A DNA stretch of 64,000 nt, taken from the NCBI GenBank assembly GCA_964016885.1, contig OZ024750.1, positions 44,826,001 through 44,890,000 of the forward strand. The letters run 5' to 3'. The stretch comes from Eledone cirrhosa. Taxonomy: Eukaryota. The notes below the pieces were generated by a model. That model saw only the letters and a program-made list of their open reading frames with translations, had not been told where the DNA came from and searched no databases. Shown piece after piece: positions 12,819-28,779 of the stretch (its first letter is position 1; each line of letters begins with the position of its first letter). The position numbers and the translations under genes were made by a program.

Positions 12819-13258
12819 ATGTGTGCGTGAGTTTATGTATGCCTATATATTTGCCGATACATACGATAAATGCAATACACATGTGATGTTGCAGAGGAAT
12901 AGAATAATATCTCACATTACAAATAAAACATACTGAAAGGTTTATTTATCTTATACGCAATAAACAGAGAAACCACGAAGCTATACAAAGCTATGCTAAA
13001 TATGTCTAATGGTCAGATTGAGAGTGTATGCAATTTGTTACTCTGTTATTTCCAAATATATGATAGACTGGTGCTTTTAAAGAACTCTATGCATATTTCA
13101 GATTACTGTTAATGGATCTTTTACGATTATTCTCCATTCATACTCAATATTTTCTTCAATATCTTTTGACTTTTAGCACAATGGCTATGGACATATATAT
13201 AAATACGTATGCACTCACACACAGACACACATACACACATACACGTCTTCATATCTTC

Positions 13259-13305
<47 letters not shown>

Positions 13306-13344
13306 TATCCATATATATGTGTGTGTGTGTTTATATATATATAT

Positions 13345-13375
<31 letters not shown>

Positions 13376-13392
13376 AAGATACACAGACACAC

Positions 13393-13469
<77 letters not shown>

Positions 13470-13506
13470 TATATAAATATATATATATAAAGATACACGC
13501 ACACAG

Positions 13507-13590
<84 letters not shown>

Positions 13591-14191
13591 TACATATATA
13601 CATAAATAAAAAAAATATATACGTGCCCTTGCACACACACACATGCGTATATACATATATATATATTTAGTGGTAGAGAGAGACAGAGAGAGAGAGAGAA
13701 AGAATGATGTGGCAGAACGCATTTTATTATATATAAATGTACATACGGGTACATACACTAATACAACGTGATTAAAATATAGGAAAATATATATACACGC
13801 TATAAGACGCACTCATACTATGATACACACAAATACATATGAAGTATAAAAATATGTATGTGCGTACATATATATATATAAATACATGCTTACACACATC
13901 TCTCTCTCTCTGTATATATATATTTTTTTTCTTTATATATATATATACATACATATATACATACATACATAGATGTTTGCATACATATGTAAATGCGTAT
14001 GTATATAAAGGAGATATTATATGCATAAATACAATTGCTTGACGTTCGTGTGTATTGGTTAAAATATAGAGAAACTTTTCATTAAAGGCCGTATGCCTTT
14101 ATTGAAATGCAAACACGCAATAACATTTTTGAATTGATTTGCATGCAAAGTATTGCTTACATACACCTACTGAAATCAACAAATATACTCA

Positions 14192-14244
<53 letters not shown>

Positions 14245-14304
14245 GATATATATATACATATATACATACATATTTACTTTATATTTACATCATGTATATA
14301 TATG

Positions 14305-14340
<36 letters not shown>

Positions 14341-14488
14341 CATATAGACACATATCTGTGTGTGTGTATGTGTATGTGTGTGTGTGTTTGTGTGTCTGTT
14401 TGTGTGTGTGTGCGTGTGTGTGAGTGTCTGTAGGCAATATGAATATACGTTAAATAAAAATAGTGTATATATATATTACTCTCTCGCT

Positions 14489-14519
<31 letters not shown>

Positions 14520-14565
14520 CACAAACACACACGCACAGACACACACACAGAGACACACACATATA

Positions 14566-14620
<55 letters not shown>

Positions 14621-15475
14621 CTATATATATATAGCTGAGACATAGAGAAGGAGAGAGTTTGGGAGAGGAAAATGTCAAATGATATACATCGAATATGTAG
14701 TTAGAAACGCATAGAGACACTAATGGAAATTTAGAAAAACGCTTCGTATACGATCGTATACAAGCACGTATATGTATTACATACACTGGGTATATGTATA
14801 TGCAATAATTCAAGCCAATGAAACCACCCAGAGTGCAAACACTTGTCTATACATACATATGTAAATACTTTGCAGATGTATACCCGTTTTAAAACTGCCC
14901 TCAGCTATAGCTAACAATACGGCCATGATATTTTGAAGTATAACTTATTTTCCTTCATTTTCTTACACGTTTTTCTCCCTCTGTTTCGTCATTTTATTTC
15001 AGTTAGACACGAAATATTTTGTGTGGGATTTCTGAAGAAAAAATATATATAATGTTTTATACAGTTTTGGCTAGATCTAAATACCGAAACACACATACAT
15101 AAAGGAAATAGCCACACAGAGATACATATACAAATACATAGTTATACAATGAAGCATGCACACACAGAGACAATACATATATATGTGTATATACTTTATA
15201 AAACCATGTTGAAACCCAAACATCTATGCATGTGTATGCGTGAATGCATGTATGTGTATGAGTGTATGTACACAAAATATATATGTAACTATATATATTC
15301 ACAAACAGACAGATATATTTTATATATACGCGTACAGAAACATACATACATGGAAATATAACTCTCTTTCAATATATTGACTTATAAATATATATGCAAA
15401 TTTTCTTTTACCTCCCTATTATTTCCACGTATTTCACGAACATCATTTATTTAACCGTGCATTTACAACGTGTTC

Positions 15476-15599
<124 letters not shown>

Positions 15600-15851
15600 T
15601 ATATACATATATATATATATACATATATGTATATATATATATATATATACATATATACATATATATATTGTTATATATTATATATACTATAAATGACATA
15701 TTTATGTATATGCATAGTTTCATATATATAAATACACACACATATATAAATATATACATATATTTAAATGTATGTATATATGTCTATATATATATTGTTA
15801 CATATTATATATACTACAAATAACATATGTATTTATGTATATGCATAGTTT

Positions 15852-15941
<90 letters not shown>

Positions 15942-16275
15942 CATATATCCATATGTATGTATATATGTGTATATATATATTATATATACTATAAATAATA
16001 TATATATATTTATATATATATATATATATATTTGTTTACATATATATATATGTATAGATATATATATGCATTTATATATATATATATAATCTTACATTCA
16101 AAATGTCAAAAATTCTTGTGCGTATGGCAGCAGCAAAAGATTTAGTAAATAGAATTTTATATGCCAATTGTTGCGTTGACATGGGGATGATTTTTCCCTT
16201 TTTTGTCTAATTTTCAAAAATATACAGAAAAGAAATGTTTTGTGATATCTTTGAATTAATGGGGCTTTCTTCTTG

Positions 16276-16306
<31 letters not shown>

Positions 16307-16361
16307 AATATACATGAGCATAAATATATATATATATATATATATATAAATATACATGAGC

Positions 16362-16396
<35 letters not shown>

Positions 16397-16405
16397 TACA
16401 TGAGC

Positions 16406-16478
<73 letters not shown>

Positions 16479-16504
16479 TGTATATATATATATATATGTA
16501 TATA

Positions 16505-16588
<84 letters not shown>

Positions 16589-16786
16589 CATATGTATATA
16601 TATTTATTTACATATACAAAGCCAACACAGATATAAATGTTTGAACAAAAGAAAAATATACCACCACACATTCCACCATTGATATGGGCGCACGTAACAT
16701 GCGTATATTTATATTTATATATATACATTTTTATGCATACACAAAATGCATATACACGATGTATATTTATATATATATCTAAATAA

Positions 16787-16836
<50 letters not shown>

Positions 16837-17101
16837 TTATATGTATGTATATATATACATATATATATATATATACTAAATGTTTGGCCACGCTATAAAA
16901 AGATGAAAGCATATTAATCATCACTGCACGCACATACGCACATTAACATACGTATGTACGCATGCGTGTGAGGATTTATGAATTCTCTATGATTGAAGAA
17001 ATGAATATATACTATATTATTTAAATGCCATACGATGATATCTCTTATTTATCTCACAATCATTATTTACCAGATTGCTAAACTTACTTGATTGTATATA
17101 C

Positions 17102-17223
<122 letters not shown>

Positions 17224-17797
17224 ATGTATATTTATATATATATATATACTTTCATACTTTCTTGCTTACAGACATACTCGCACGCATCTCCGAGTCTACA
17301 CGCATACGTACGTCGAATACACATACACACCCACTCACACACATGTATATACACACACATATATACATATATATATATGTTTGTGTGTGTGTGTGTTTGT
17401 ATACTGATGTATGTAAGTATATGTTTGTATCTGTATGTTACTGGATGTATGTATATATTTAATAGTTGAAGTTTGTATTATATAAAAATTCTCAGAATAA
17501 TATACATTTCATTTCTCGAAAGATTTCTATATTGACTGGATTCTACAGAAATCCATGTATCTATGTTTTTGTAAATATCAATACAACTATCTATACATCT
17601 ATCTACCGAGCTATTTTCTCTCCCACTTCCTCTTACTCCCTTTTCGTTTCTGGTCTTTCCAACTATTTATACCCCCCCCCCCTCTCTCTCTCTCTCTCTT
17701 CTCTTTATATATATATACACATACATACATAGATATATATACAGTATATATATGTATATATATATATAGATATACATATATATATACATATATATAC

Positions 17798-17828
<31 letters not shown>

Positions 17829-17835
17829 CATATAT

Positions 17836-17887
<52 letters not shown>

Positions 17888-18314
17888 CTTACGTTAACTA
17901 TTTTTCCCATCTTGACGACATATTTGTTGTCACAACAAACAGCGAAAGACGCGTTCCGGACTTGGCCGACAGACAACCTTTTCCCCCACCCCGGAAAAAA
18001 AACCCAGTTGATGGATGTGAATTCGAAATATATAGGGACTATTAAATCTCTCCCAAGGTAACTCTCTCTTGTGTTGTTATTTTTATTTTTATCCTTTATA
18101 CTCTTCCCTTCATTCTACACATCTCACACATCTTATACACACCACGCATCTCAACGTACACCCACTTACATCTCTCTCTCCACCACCGGACCTTGTTAGC
18201 CGGAGATTTACCCATTTGCATTGTCGAGGCTTCCAAACGACTTAAAGATATTTACTTATTGTTCCACAATGCTTCAAGCAAACTTCAATACTCTCTTATA
18301 TATATATATATATA

Positions 18315-18529
18315 TAGGAAAAAGCTTAACACCGACGCCAGAGCTCAAGGCGTTTCGACAGTTATTGCTATTGCTATGTCACTGAATTTAGTCCAGAAAT
18401 AGCCGTCAAACGGTTTGAGCTCTGCCGTCGTGGTTAAACTTTTTCCTATTACCCACTCCACTACCCTAAGAATTGAGCACTCTGGTGTGTTATGGTCCAT
18501 CTGGTTCCTTATCACTCCTCCTTCGTTAT

Positions 18530-18530
<1 letters not shown>
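18315..18530. mobile_element. Decayed foldback element between (TA)n tracts with a hammerhead 3'-half remnant
   Basis: Imperfect inverted repeat ggaaaaagcttaacaccgacgccagagctcaaggcgtttcgac / gtcaaacggtttgagctctgccgtcgtggttaaactttttcc. The minus strand has gtcGAAACGCCTTgagctc, but no intact CUGANGA. Confidence 0.45.
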
Positions 18531-18562
<32 letters not shown>

Positions 18563-18566
18563 CACG

Positions 18567-18613
<47 letters not shown>

Positions 18614-18673
18614 AATGTGTGATAAGATATCAGGTGCATCATAGCGAATCAGACTACTCAATATGTAACTATC

Positions 18674-18760
<87 letters not shown>

Positions 18761-18894
18761 CAGTTAAACAAAATTCAATGAGTATATCAAAGAATGAGTT
18801 TTACAGCAGATTGGAAGCACTCTACAGCAACGAATTTTCCAGAGTTTTAATATTAGAATATAAATATTAATAAAATAGATGTTCTTTTGATCAT

Positions 18895-18955
18895 TTACAT
18901 TTTATTATACATATTTCGGATGTACAACAGTACGTCCTCATCAGACAAAATATAA
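18895..18955 (-). ncRNA. Type I hammerhead ribozyme
   Basis: uuauauuuugu CUGAUGA ggacguac uguu guacaucc GAAA uaugua UA|auaaaauguaa. Stem I has 11 bp, stem II has one mismatch, stem III is short and quasi-palindromic. Confidence 0.85.
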
Positions 18956-19074
18956 TGATACATGAGATGTTAAATGGTTAAGATTTAAGCGAACTTAATT
19001 AAATCTTGTCTACCTTGATTAAATCTTAACCATTTAACATCTCAGGGTATGTCATGTATCATTATATATTGTCT

Positions 19075-19240
19075 CGGTAGAGGGTCGAACGCCATGCTTT
19101 CCAGCATAGTTACATCCCTTTACGATCTGAGTTCAAATCCCGCCGAGGTTGACTTTGCCTTTCATCCTTACGGGGTCGATAAAATAAAGTACCAGTAATG
19201 CACTGGTTAATTGCTGGCCTTGTGCCTAAAGTAGAAACAA
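19075..19240 (+). mobile_element. SINE inserted in the hammerhead element, with a 14-bp target-site duplication
   Basis: TSD attatatattgtct (19061-19074) / attatagtttgtct (19240-19253). B-box GTTCAAATCC. Confidence 0.9.
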
Positions 19241-19337
19241 TTATAGTTTGTCTGATGAAGACGTACTGTCGTACATCCGAAATATGTATAATAAAATGTA
19301 ATTGATCAAAAGAACATCTATTTTATTAATATTTATA

Positions 19338-19368
<31 letters not shown>

Positions 19369-20440
19369 CTGTGTGTGTGTGTGTATGGGTGTGAGTGTGT
19401 GGGTGTGCGTGTGTGTGTAGATAGATAGATAGATATTTGTAGTGTGTAGGCTCCCGATTGGTGTCAGAAGGTTTGAGCGCTAACCCCAGTTGAAAAAATG
19501 TAGTCAATAAGTTGGTTGTGTATAGCCTTCTTTATTATATATAAATATTAACTCTACAATCATTCTTATGAAATCATTCTTATGGTTAATGCAATAGAAA
19601 ATGTGTTCACACAGGTATTAGAAAAGTACAATTCCTTGACTAGCCCGCAGCCGAAGCCAAGAAAGAGCTAGAAAACCAGAGGTAAAGAGAGGCGTTGGGA
19701 ATGGGAAATTAGGTAACTGCCATACGTGATTGGTATTTTAATTATTGATTTTGGAATGATGTAAGCGGCGTAGAGCAAAGTTGTTCTTGGGGGATTACAT
19801 AATAACTTCTTTTAGATAGCGACAGAGATTATACAGCAAAACCCCAAAATATATGTGAAGCAAAGTTAGAAGTGTTATTGTGTTTAGAGCGTATGATTAA
19901 AAGCAACACGGTATTTGATTTGATCCGGTTTCAAACACTTTGAGTTCAAATCCCACCAAGACCAACTTTCATCCATGGTCGAACGCTGGATTTCCCATAA
20001 AATGAAATAAATTAAAACAAAATTTCAATAAAATACATATTTAGGGGGCACCATAAAATGTACGATTCAAGATGTTTTGTAGAATATATTTTCACGTGAA
20101 TTCTCGGAAGTGCTCTATAAGAGGAAATTAACAAAGACCTAGGTTTGATGTGGAAGTTTGTAACGGTCTGAGATTTCCTGTGCCATTATTGGTATTAAGG
20201 CATATCGGACTTTGACTTTCATATAAACATCGATGGGCTAGTGAGGGAAGGCATGCTTATATTGTCAATTAAATGTATATCGCTCTAATGATTTCACCTT
20301 ATTCTTATATTCCTGTGTCAATTGCTTTAGCTGCATATGTAGGAGTCAATTAACTTTTGTCAAATCGGACCGATGAAACAATGTTTCTAATGGTCTTTCC
20401 AATTGCTAATACTATATATCGGTCGCAACTCCAGGTAGAA

Positions 20441-20538
20441 GGAGCAACGTGAAATAAAGTGCCTTGCTCAAGGACATAACGCATGAACCGGTCCAGGAAT
20501 CGAACTCTCAAACTCACGATTGTGCATCATATTCGCTA
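20441..20538 (-). mobile_element. 5' part of a tRNA-derived SINE with CORE/V-like central motif
   Basis: Minus strand has A-box TGGCTGAGTGG and B-box GTTCGATTCC, then TGTCCTTGAGCAAGGCACTTTATTTCAC. Confidence 0.75.
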
Positions 20539-21056
20539 CCCACTCAGCCACGCGCCTTCAAAATAGCTACATATAACAGATATAAAAACACTCGAGCATA
20601 CACATGCACACACATATACACACACACATATAGATACACACAGAAAAAAACAAACAGAAAAAACAAAAGTAGAACAGGCATATACACGAGGGACATTCAA
20701 GAACCAAACAACTCAAGATTTAAAATATACTGAAACATCGAATTTCGTCATTTCAAAATTTCAATTCAGACTGACTGATTATAAAATCCTGGATGTTGAA
20801 GAGAGGAGAAGAAAATATTTAGTTAAAATGATAAATACGCAATAGGGCAATTAGAGGGAAGGGGAAAAGATTATCAAAATAAACATGGAGTAACATGTTT
20901 GAAAAAATAAAATAAACAATGATTATTTACCAAACAGGAAAGTCATTCTTATATCGCGCCATGGATGAGAGACAGTCTAGCATGTTTTATGAAGACATAA
21001 AGAATTTCATTTGCTTCATAGAAATTACGCTATGAATATGAATAAATTCAGGTTCC

Positions 21057-21610
<554 letters not shown>

Positions 21611-21974
21611 ATATATATATATGAGTTTGTGTTTGTGTATATATACGGATACTCAGGCAGAAACGCAGCCAGACATTCACAAATATATATATATGAATCT
21701 AACTAAACTAAAGGGATTCGTTCAGTAGTGAAATATAATACAAATACATTTGTGATAGAGGTATTATAAAAGAGTGCGTGTCGGATCATATATGTACCCG
21801 TGTAACCTGATTATTTTGTAGAAGTGTTGAAGAAGACAACGACTGTACAGAGACGATGCTGTATCTAGCAAAATATAAATATCATCAAATATGAAAGGGA
21901 CGTAACTGAGTTTCCCGTCTCCTTTGCCTTCAATACTGAATTAAATTTTACTCCTTGATTGGCCTATACTTATA

Positions 21975-22057
<83 letters not shown>

Positions 22058-22167
22058 TTATATATATATGTATATATATATATAATATATATATATATTT
22101 ATATATGAAATATATATATATATTCATATATAATATATGATATAATATATATATATATATATATTAT

Positions 22168-22218
<51 letters not shown>

Positions 22219-22675
22219 TACAGTGTGTTGATCGTAATAAAGGGTATTCAATTTATATTGAAGATATCGTAAAAGTGAGCGTGCATCTATTACTTATCTC
22301 CATTCAAAAGTTTATGTTTGGAAAAAAATGGAAGAGGAGGATTTTTTTCTCGCATGAATCATCCTCTGGTGCGATTAGTTACAAAGCAATGATAATCAAA
22401 ATGTCGCCGTATTTCGCTCTGCCAGCTCCTTCCTTCAATATATATATATATATATATATATTCATATATATTTATACATATATGATTATACTTATGTATA
22501 CACATCTGTACATAGACACACAAACACACATATACCACACACACACACTCACACACACCCATATATATATGTGTGTATGTGCGTGTATGTGTGTGTATCT
22601 CGTATATTTTCATATAGAAGTCGATTTTTTAACTATTATTTGGGTTTAAATTTGTGGCCTTGCTTAATATAAGGT

Positions 22676-22769
<94 letters not shown>

Positions 22770-22990
22770 TATATATATATATTTAAAAAATGAAAAAAAT
22801 GACTTCACTTGTATTTCTAAAGAATTTAATTTAATTTTATAATATTATGATTTTACGATTTATTTTTTAGATCTAGTAAACTCGTTGTTACTTTAGTTCT
22901 TTATTATTTTTAAAGAATCCTGGTTAACTTTCTTGGAGCACTATCTCGCATTCGTCGGTGGCAATTGTCTATATATAAGTATATATATTA

Positions 22991-23770
22991 GAGAATCTCT
23001 CCAGATATAATCATCTGGATATAGAAATACCTCGAATGTGGAAAATGAAAACAGAAACAATATCTATAATAATAGGTGCTCTAGGAATGATAACAAACAC
23101 AAAGACAAATATATACCCAAATCCCTGTACTTACAAAAGATAGCACTACTAGACACTGTATATATATTATATAGAGTACCCCAGGACTTACAAATATATA
23201 CAGCATGCAAAAGATAGTACTACTAGACACTGTATATATATTATATAGAGTTCACCAGGACTTACAAATATATACATCATGCAAAAGTTAGCACTACAAG
23301 ACACTGTATATATATTATATAGAGTACCCCAGGACTTACAAATATATACAGCATGCAAAAGTTAGCACTACATGACACTGTATATATATATATTATAGAG
23401 TACCCCAGGACTTACAAATATATACAGCATACAAAGATAGCACTACTTGGTACTGTATATATATATTATATAGTGTACCCCAGGACTTACAAATATATAC
23501 AGCATGCAAAAGTTAGCACTACAAGACACTGTATATATATATTATATAGAGTACCCCAGGACTTACAAATATATACAGCATGCAAAAGTTAGCACTACTA
23601 GGTACTGTATATGTATTACGAAAAGTACCATCAATACAATAGAAACAACAGCAAAAACTACACTGCACATACCCAAGGCACACAGAGCTGTGCTCAGTAA
23701 AGCAGTAATGATGCGCAATAGAAATAATAAAGGAAATAATACTAATACTAATAATAACAATAAATATGAT
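22991..23770 (+). pseudogene. 3' end of an RLE-type (R4-like) non-LTR retrotransposon with 3' UTR and (AAT)n-like tail
   Basis: Translates as ENLSRYNHLDIEIPRMWKMKTETISIIIGALGMI ... QKIALL ... ALLGTVYVLRKVPSIQ*. This matches the K..KY.DL..EI..MW / IIIGALG / QK.ALLGT pattern of RLE C-termini. Confidence 0.72.
23135..23612 (+). repeat. ~74-bp tandem repeat, about 6.4 copies
   Basis: Unit aaaag(a/t)tagcactac(t/a)agacactgtatatatattatatagagtaccccaggacttacaaatatatacagcatgc, with starts at 23135, 23209, 23283 and onward. Confidence 0.9.
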
Positions 23771-23799
23771 GAAAACCGAAATCCGAAGGGTGCTCGATA

Positions 23800-24073
23800 A
23801 AGATTAATATGGTTCATTGATTACTCAATGAATATAGTTTTACAATAGATTAAAAGCACTCTACAAGAAAGTTTTCTGGAGTTATTAATATTATTCAAAA
23901 TATTAAAAAATATTAATAATACTGGAATTGAACCATCAATACCGTTGAGGTATGTCATACATCAATTCATGTATTTTATCTGACGAGGACGTACTGAAAA
24001 AACACCACAATACCTTCGAAATAAAGATAATAAAACATATATTTTGATTATGTGAAATTAATATTTTAAATAA

Positions 24074-24080
<7 letters not shown>
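23800..24080. mobile_element. Older, diverged relative of the 18.8-kb hammerhead family (ribozyme 23974-24035, +)
   Basis: ttttat CTGACGA ggacgta...taccttc GAAA taaaga TA ataaaa. Upstream ggtatgtcat and aagcactctaca...ttttc match the 18.8-kb element. A short inverted remnant lies near 23884-23905. Confidence 0.65.
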
Positions 24081-24119
<39 letters not shown>

Positions 24120-25199
24120 TAGGTAGATAGATATGAAACCGTAGAGAAAATGCTTATTAATAGAACAGATTAAAGTAAAGAATCGCTGCTTTCTCCCTCT
24201 TCCGGGTTCTTTTGAAACTGTATGTATATATATATATGTAATAAAAGTATATATTCCTATGTGTAAATAATATACACAGGGATACAAGTATTTTCCAACC
24301 GTATGCCAGTGTGGTTCGATGGCAAGTTAATAAATTAACATGCCAGAACATATAAAACCAAGGTCAAGCAAATAGAGAAAAAGTTTTTAAATAAATTTCA
24401 AAAAGTGTTACTGTTAATTGCCTTTACCGCGGTTTCTGATCCCAAAATAAACAGATAATCCAAGCGGATTTCCATTGAAAAGAGATCGTCGTCAGAAAGA
24501 TTTTTTCGCTCAAATCACAACTGGCGCCACACACAATTGTTCCCGAAGGAGAGTGAATGAGAGAGGAAAACAATATTGTATATACTTTATTAAGCGTGCA
24601 ATAGTTCGTATATCCCCTTACTCTAGTTTTCTTGAATATTTCCTTACATTCCATGGCAGGAATTGTTTGAAGTAGGAATTAAAGTCAAGTATCAAGTTGG
24701 CTTCGAAAGTCACATCCTTATCTCGTGTGAAATACTAGTACACACATACGCGTACACACACAGACGCACACACACATACATATTCACATCAACATACACA
24801 TACACACACACGCACACTTACACGCCGGATCCCTCACTCCTTGAAACAATGCCCACACATACGCGTGTGATTGTACCAAAATATATGTATACGCATAAAT
24901 TACAATGTCTATTCTTTGCTGTTTAAGACGTCGAAACCTCGAGATTGGTTTGTATGTCAGGTATGGCGTATCTGAAGGTGAATAATTAAGTCTGTCTGTG
25001 CCAAGATGTCCTTTCCTACATATATAAAAAATAATAAAGATCCCATAACACCTTGTAGAGTCGTAGAGGCCCTGTCATATGGTGTGTTTAGGACACTTTC
25101 AAACCCGGCGGAGCCCAACACTCCCCAGACCTGAACAGCAGATTTTTTCTATTGAGGAAAAATCGACTCAAGTACTGGACTAGTATTATTTTTATCGAC

Positions 25200-25383
25200 G
25201 GTGGCTCGGCAGTATCGGTAGAGGATCGGACGCCATGCTTTGACGCTTAGAGTTACGGCGCTTGCCATTCTGAGTTCAAATCCCGCCGAGGTTAACTTTG
25301 CCTTTCATCCTTATGGGGTCGATAAAATAAAGTACCAGTAATGCACTGGGTAATTGCTGGCCTTGTGCCAAAAGTAGAAACAA
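25200..25383 (+). mobile_element. SINE nested in an older opposite-strand SINE (~25160-25450), with a 15-bp TSD
   Basis: attatttttatcgac lies on both sides. The flanks join to read as a degenerate minus-strand SINE ending gggatttgaactcag. Confidence 0.87.
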
Positions 25384-25779
25384 TTATTTTTATCGACCTC
25401 GGAAGGAATAAAGGCAATGTTGATCAAGAAGGGATTTGAACTCAGCGCGCACAATGAGGTGGGACGAATGCCTTAATGTATTGTATCCGATGTCTTAATG
25501 TATTGTATCCGACTCTGCCTTTTCCTACCTATAGGGCATGTATGAAATGATTCGGCTCCTGTATTACCCTTATATCTATTGAGGCAATTCATTGGTGTTA
25601 CCAAGTTTCGGTAAGGTAATTCAAAGTAATTCACAGTAAAGCCTTGGCACTATTCGATTCTGCTAGGAGATTAAGTTATATAAGCCTGTGAAATAGTAGC
25701 TAGACATTTCAACAAGAACACATTCAATTGACAGTTCAGTTGAATCTGTTAAAAAATGCAAACTCGAACTGATGGATCA

Positions 25780-26288
25780 AACCGCCAACTTCTTTCAAAG
25801 ACGAAAGAGAGGCGGTGTTCCTCTGTATAGTGCCTATGGTAAAAGAGATTATATGGTGGACGAGATTGAGAGGACTGAGGACAGAAGCCTTTCTCTCCAG
25901 ACAACAACTCATTCCCTTCTTTAGGTACCACTTTAGAAGGAGAATTAGAGTGGAAATAGAGGTACTGCACCCCAGTAAATTTACTGGAAGGTGGGTGAAT
26001 ATATCAAACATGGCCCGAGCGATTGGGCCTTCTTTGTATATAAATTTTTAGGTTTAAGAAGAGAGCAAAAGGAAGAAACGAGTACTTGCACAACATGCTC
26101 CTGGAGTTTGGGGTTGTTCTATCTACGGGGTATTAAACAACCCATTTGTAACGCCTCCCCACTATTGGGGATTTCGGTTGTTGAATTTGTTTGTTAAAAA
26201 TTTGTTTACACGATTGTATGTAAAATCCCCGGCATATGTCCTTGTATTGTCCCCTTTTCTTGAGTGCCCTTGTGGCAAATAAAAAAAT
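25780..26288 (+). pseudogene. 3' end of an L1/Tx1-like LINE ORF2 plus 3' UTR and poly(A) remnant
   Basis: VFLCIVPMVKEIIWWTRLRGL...FFRYHFRRRIRVEIEVL...KFTGRWV matches the Tx1/L1 C-terminal K..IW..R ... F..RW pattern. It ends in aataaaaaaa near 26278-26288. Confidence 0.65.
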
Positions 26289-27037
26289 CTATCTGTGTAT
26301 AACAAGCATTGATATGCACGTGTATGTATGAATGTATGTGTGTATATATGCATGAATGTATGTTTGTATGCCTCTATGTATGCATTTGTATTAGTGTATG
26401 TGTGTAAGTATATACACACACACACACACACAGGCACACACAGGCACACACAGACATATATATATATTTGTATACGACTATCTTTGTAAATATCTATCCA
26501 TGTATCTATCTACCTCTCTCTCTCTCTCCATCTGTCTATTTATCTGATCCTGTTTCCATACGTGTCTATCTGTTTCTCCCTGTCTGTATCTCTGTGCACA
26601 ATTATCTTTCGTTGTTTTCACTTGTTTTTGCCAATCAGTCTTATTTCACGTATTTATTACTGTCTCCAAAGCAAGCATCAACTGCAAACAAGACATTGTT
26701 TCTTTGGCGGGATTCTTTTTCCAAGGAAGGAACGTGAAATGGCATCGGCGTAAATAAACACATAAAAACAATGTGTTTACTAGTTTTTCTATAAGAAAAA
26801 GTGGAAGGACAACTATGGAATGCATCGTATATTGATTATAGTTTAACCTGTAATCGAACGTTTGTAATCACGGTGAGGAATAACACAATACAATGATGGT
26901 GAAAATAAAAACCAAAATGTCTGCCGATTAGAATAAAAACAAAATGGAGGATAAATTAATGAAATAACAGTGTTCAGTTATGTTTTTTACGTTTACATCT
27001 TCCAGTTCAAGTCCTGATATTATATACACGCACACAC

Positions 27038-27148
<111 letters not shown>

Positions 27149-27188
27149 CATATACATATATATATACATATATATATATACATATACA

Positions 27189-27238
<50 letters not shown>

Positions 27239-27239
27239 C

Positions 27240-27360
<121 letters not shown>

Positions 27361-27746
27361 CATATATATATACATATATATATATACATGTATATGTGTA
27401 TATATATATATACATATGCGCATGTGTGTGCGAGTGTGTTAGATTCTGTACGTATGTACATATGATTATATAGATATATGTGACTGTGTCAGCGTTCCGG
27501 TAGTTTGGAAGCCAGAGATAGAGTTTGGTAGGTGAAGGTTGGGGGGGGGGGGGAGAAAAAGAAGAAGAAGAAGAAGAAGAAGATGATTATGTCTCAGAAA
27601 TAATAGAGCAATGGAGAGAATGGTAATGTCTATCGTTTATATACTACACTCTAAATAGTCTTGTTTGCTATGACATATGTACTGTAAATGTCTTGTTTTT
27701 ATTTTTATTTTCAATTACCTATAAAATACCGGGTCAGCTGAAGTAA

Positions 27747-27807
<61 letters not shown>

Positions 27808-27913
27808 CATACATAGACACACACACTCAAGCTCATACACATATAGACACTCGCATTTCTCTTTCTATATATATATAAATACATATATATGTCTCTCTCT
27901 TTCTCTCTCTCTC

Positions 27914-28031
<118 letters not shown>

Positions 28032-28059
28032 CAGAAAGGAAAGAAATCAACAACTCAAC

Positions 28060-28302
28060 CACAGTGTGCGTTTCCGGGGAAAACACAAAAACTTCTCAGT
28101 TAATCAGTAGTTTTTATTTCAATGAATTGGAAATGTAAATTGACGAAAAAAATAGACAAACGAAATACAGCAAAAGGGTAAAATGGCGGCCGCGTTCATT
28201 ATTCCGTTACAATATTCCAGCCTACCTACATCTTGTACATGTATCACATAATTGACAGTGGTGTTTCTGTTTTCATTCAACTATTTTTATATAATTGGTA
28301 AG
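28060..28302 (+). promoter_or_regulatory. Candidate promoter / first non-coding exon
   Basis: YY1-type AAAATGGCGGC near 28180, TTTCCGG at 28071, and a consensus donor G|GTAAGT near 28296, all in a non-repetitive stretch. Confidence 0.35.
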
Positions 28303-28692
28303 TTAATGCTGTTGTTATTGTTATTCTTGTCAGTATTTAGTCTCAAATCCTCCCCAACGGTTTTCGTCTGTAAATATTTGATTTCTGTTTTTAGTATGTT
28401 AGTTTGTATTGATTTATGGCATACGAAATGGGATACTTTCTTAAATTGTGTGAAATATATTTAAAACAATTGGAATACAAATATATTTAGGATATATTTC
28501 TAATTGCAATAAATATATAAATCCTTAGTGTTAATGATAAATCTTGTCTTGTAAATCAAGGGAAAGAACTTTGAAATCTAAAGTGTCTAAAACATAATTA
28601 ATGACATGCCGGGGAACGCGAATCTTAGCTGTAGCCATTTGATCATTTCGAACAGCATGCCACTATTGAATGTTAATCAATTTTATATTCAG

Positions 28693-28779
28693 ATATTTGT
28701 TTTCCATCCGTGGGAATCTGTTCGCTTCTTTTTCTTTCCAATATTGGTGCTGGGAATTTTTTGATATGAAATTACTCAG
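28693..28779 (+). other. Candidate 87-bp spliced exon, possibly containing a start codon (ATG 28766, MKLL..)
   Basis: Acceptor ttttatattcAG and donor CAG|GTAAAC, with one open frame. No homology recognised. Confidence 0.3.

Larger units (their letters stand above)
18757..19345. mobile_element. Head-to-head foldback hammerhead element in (TA)n, right arm interrupted by a SINE
   Basis: Inverted arms are centred near 19000. Ribozymes at 18895-18955 (-) and 19241-19301 (+). Confidence 0.85.

Noticed and set aside
17900-18045. TTGACGA...GAAAGACGCGTT and GAAATATATAGGGA in a TA-bounded island
   Set aside because: Possibly a decayed member of the system, but I could not build a consistent stem I and core.
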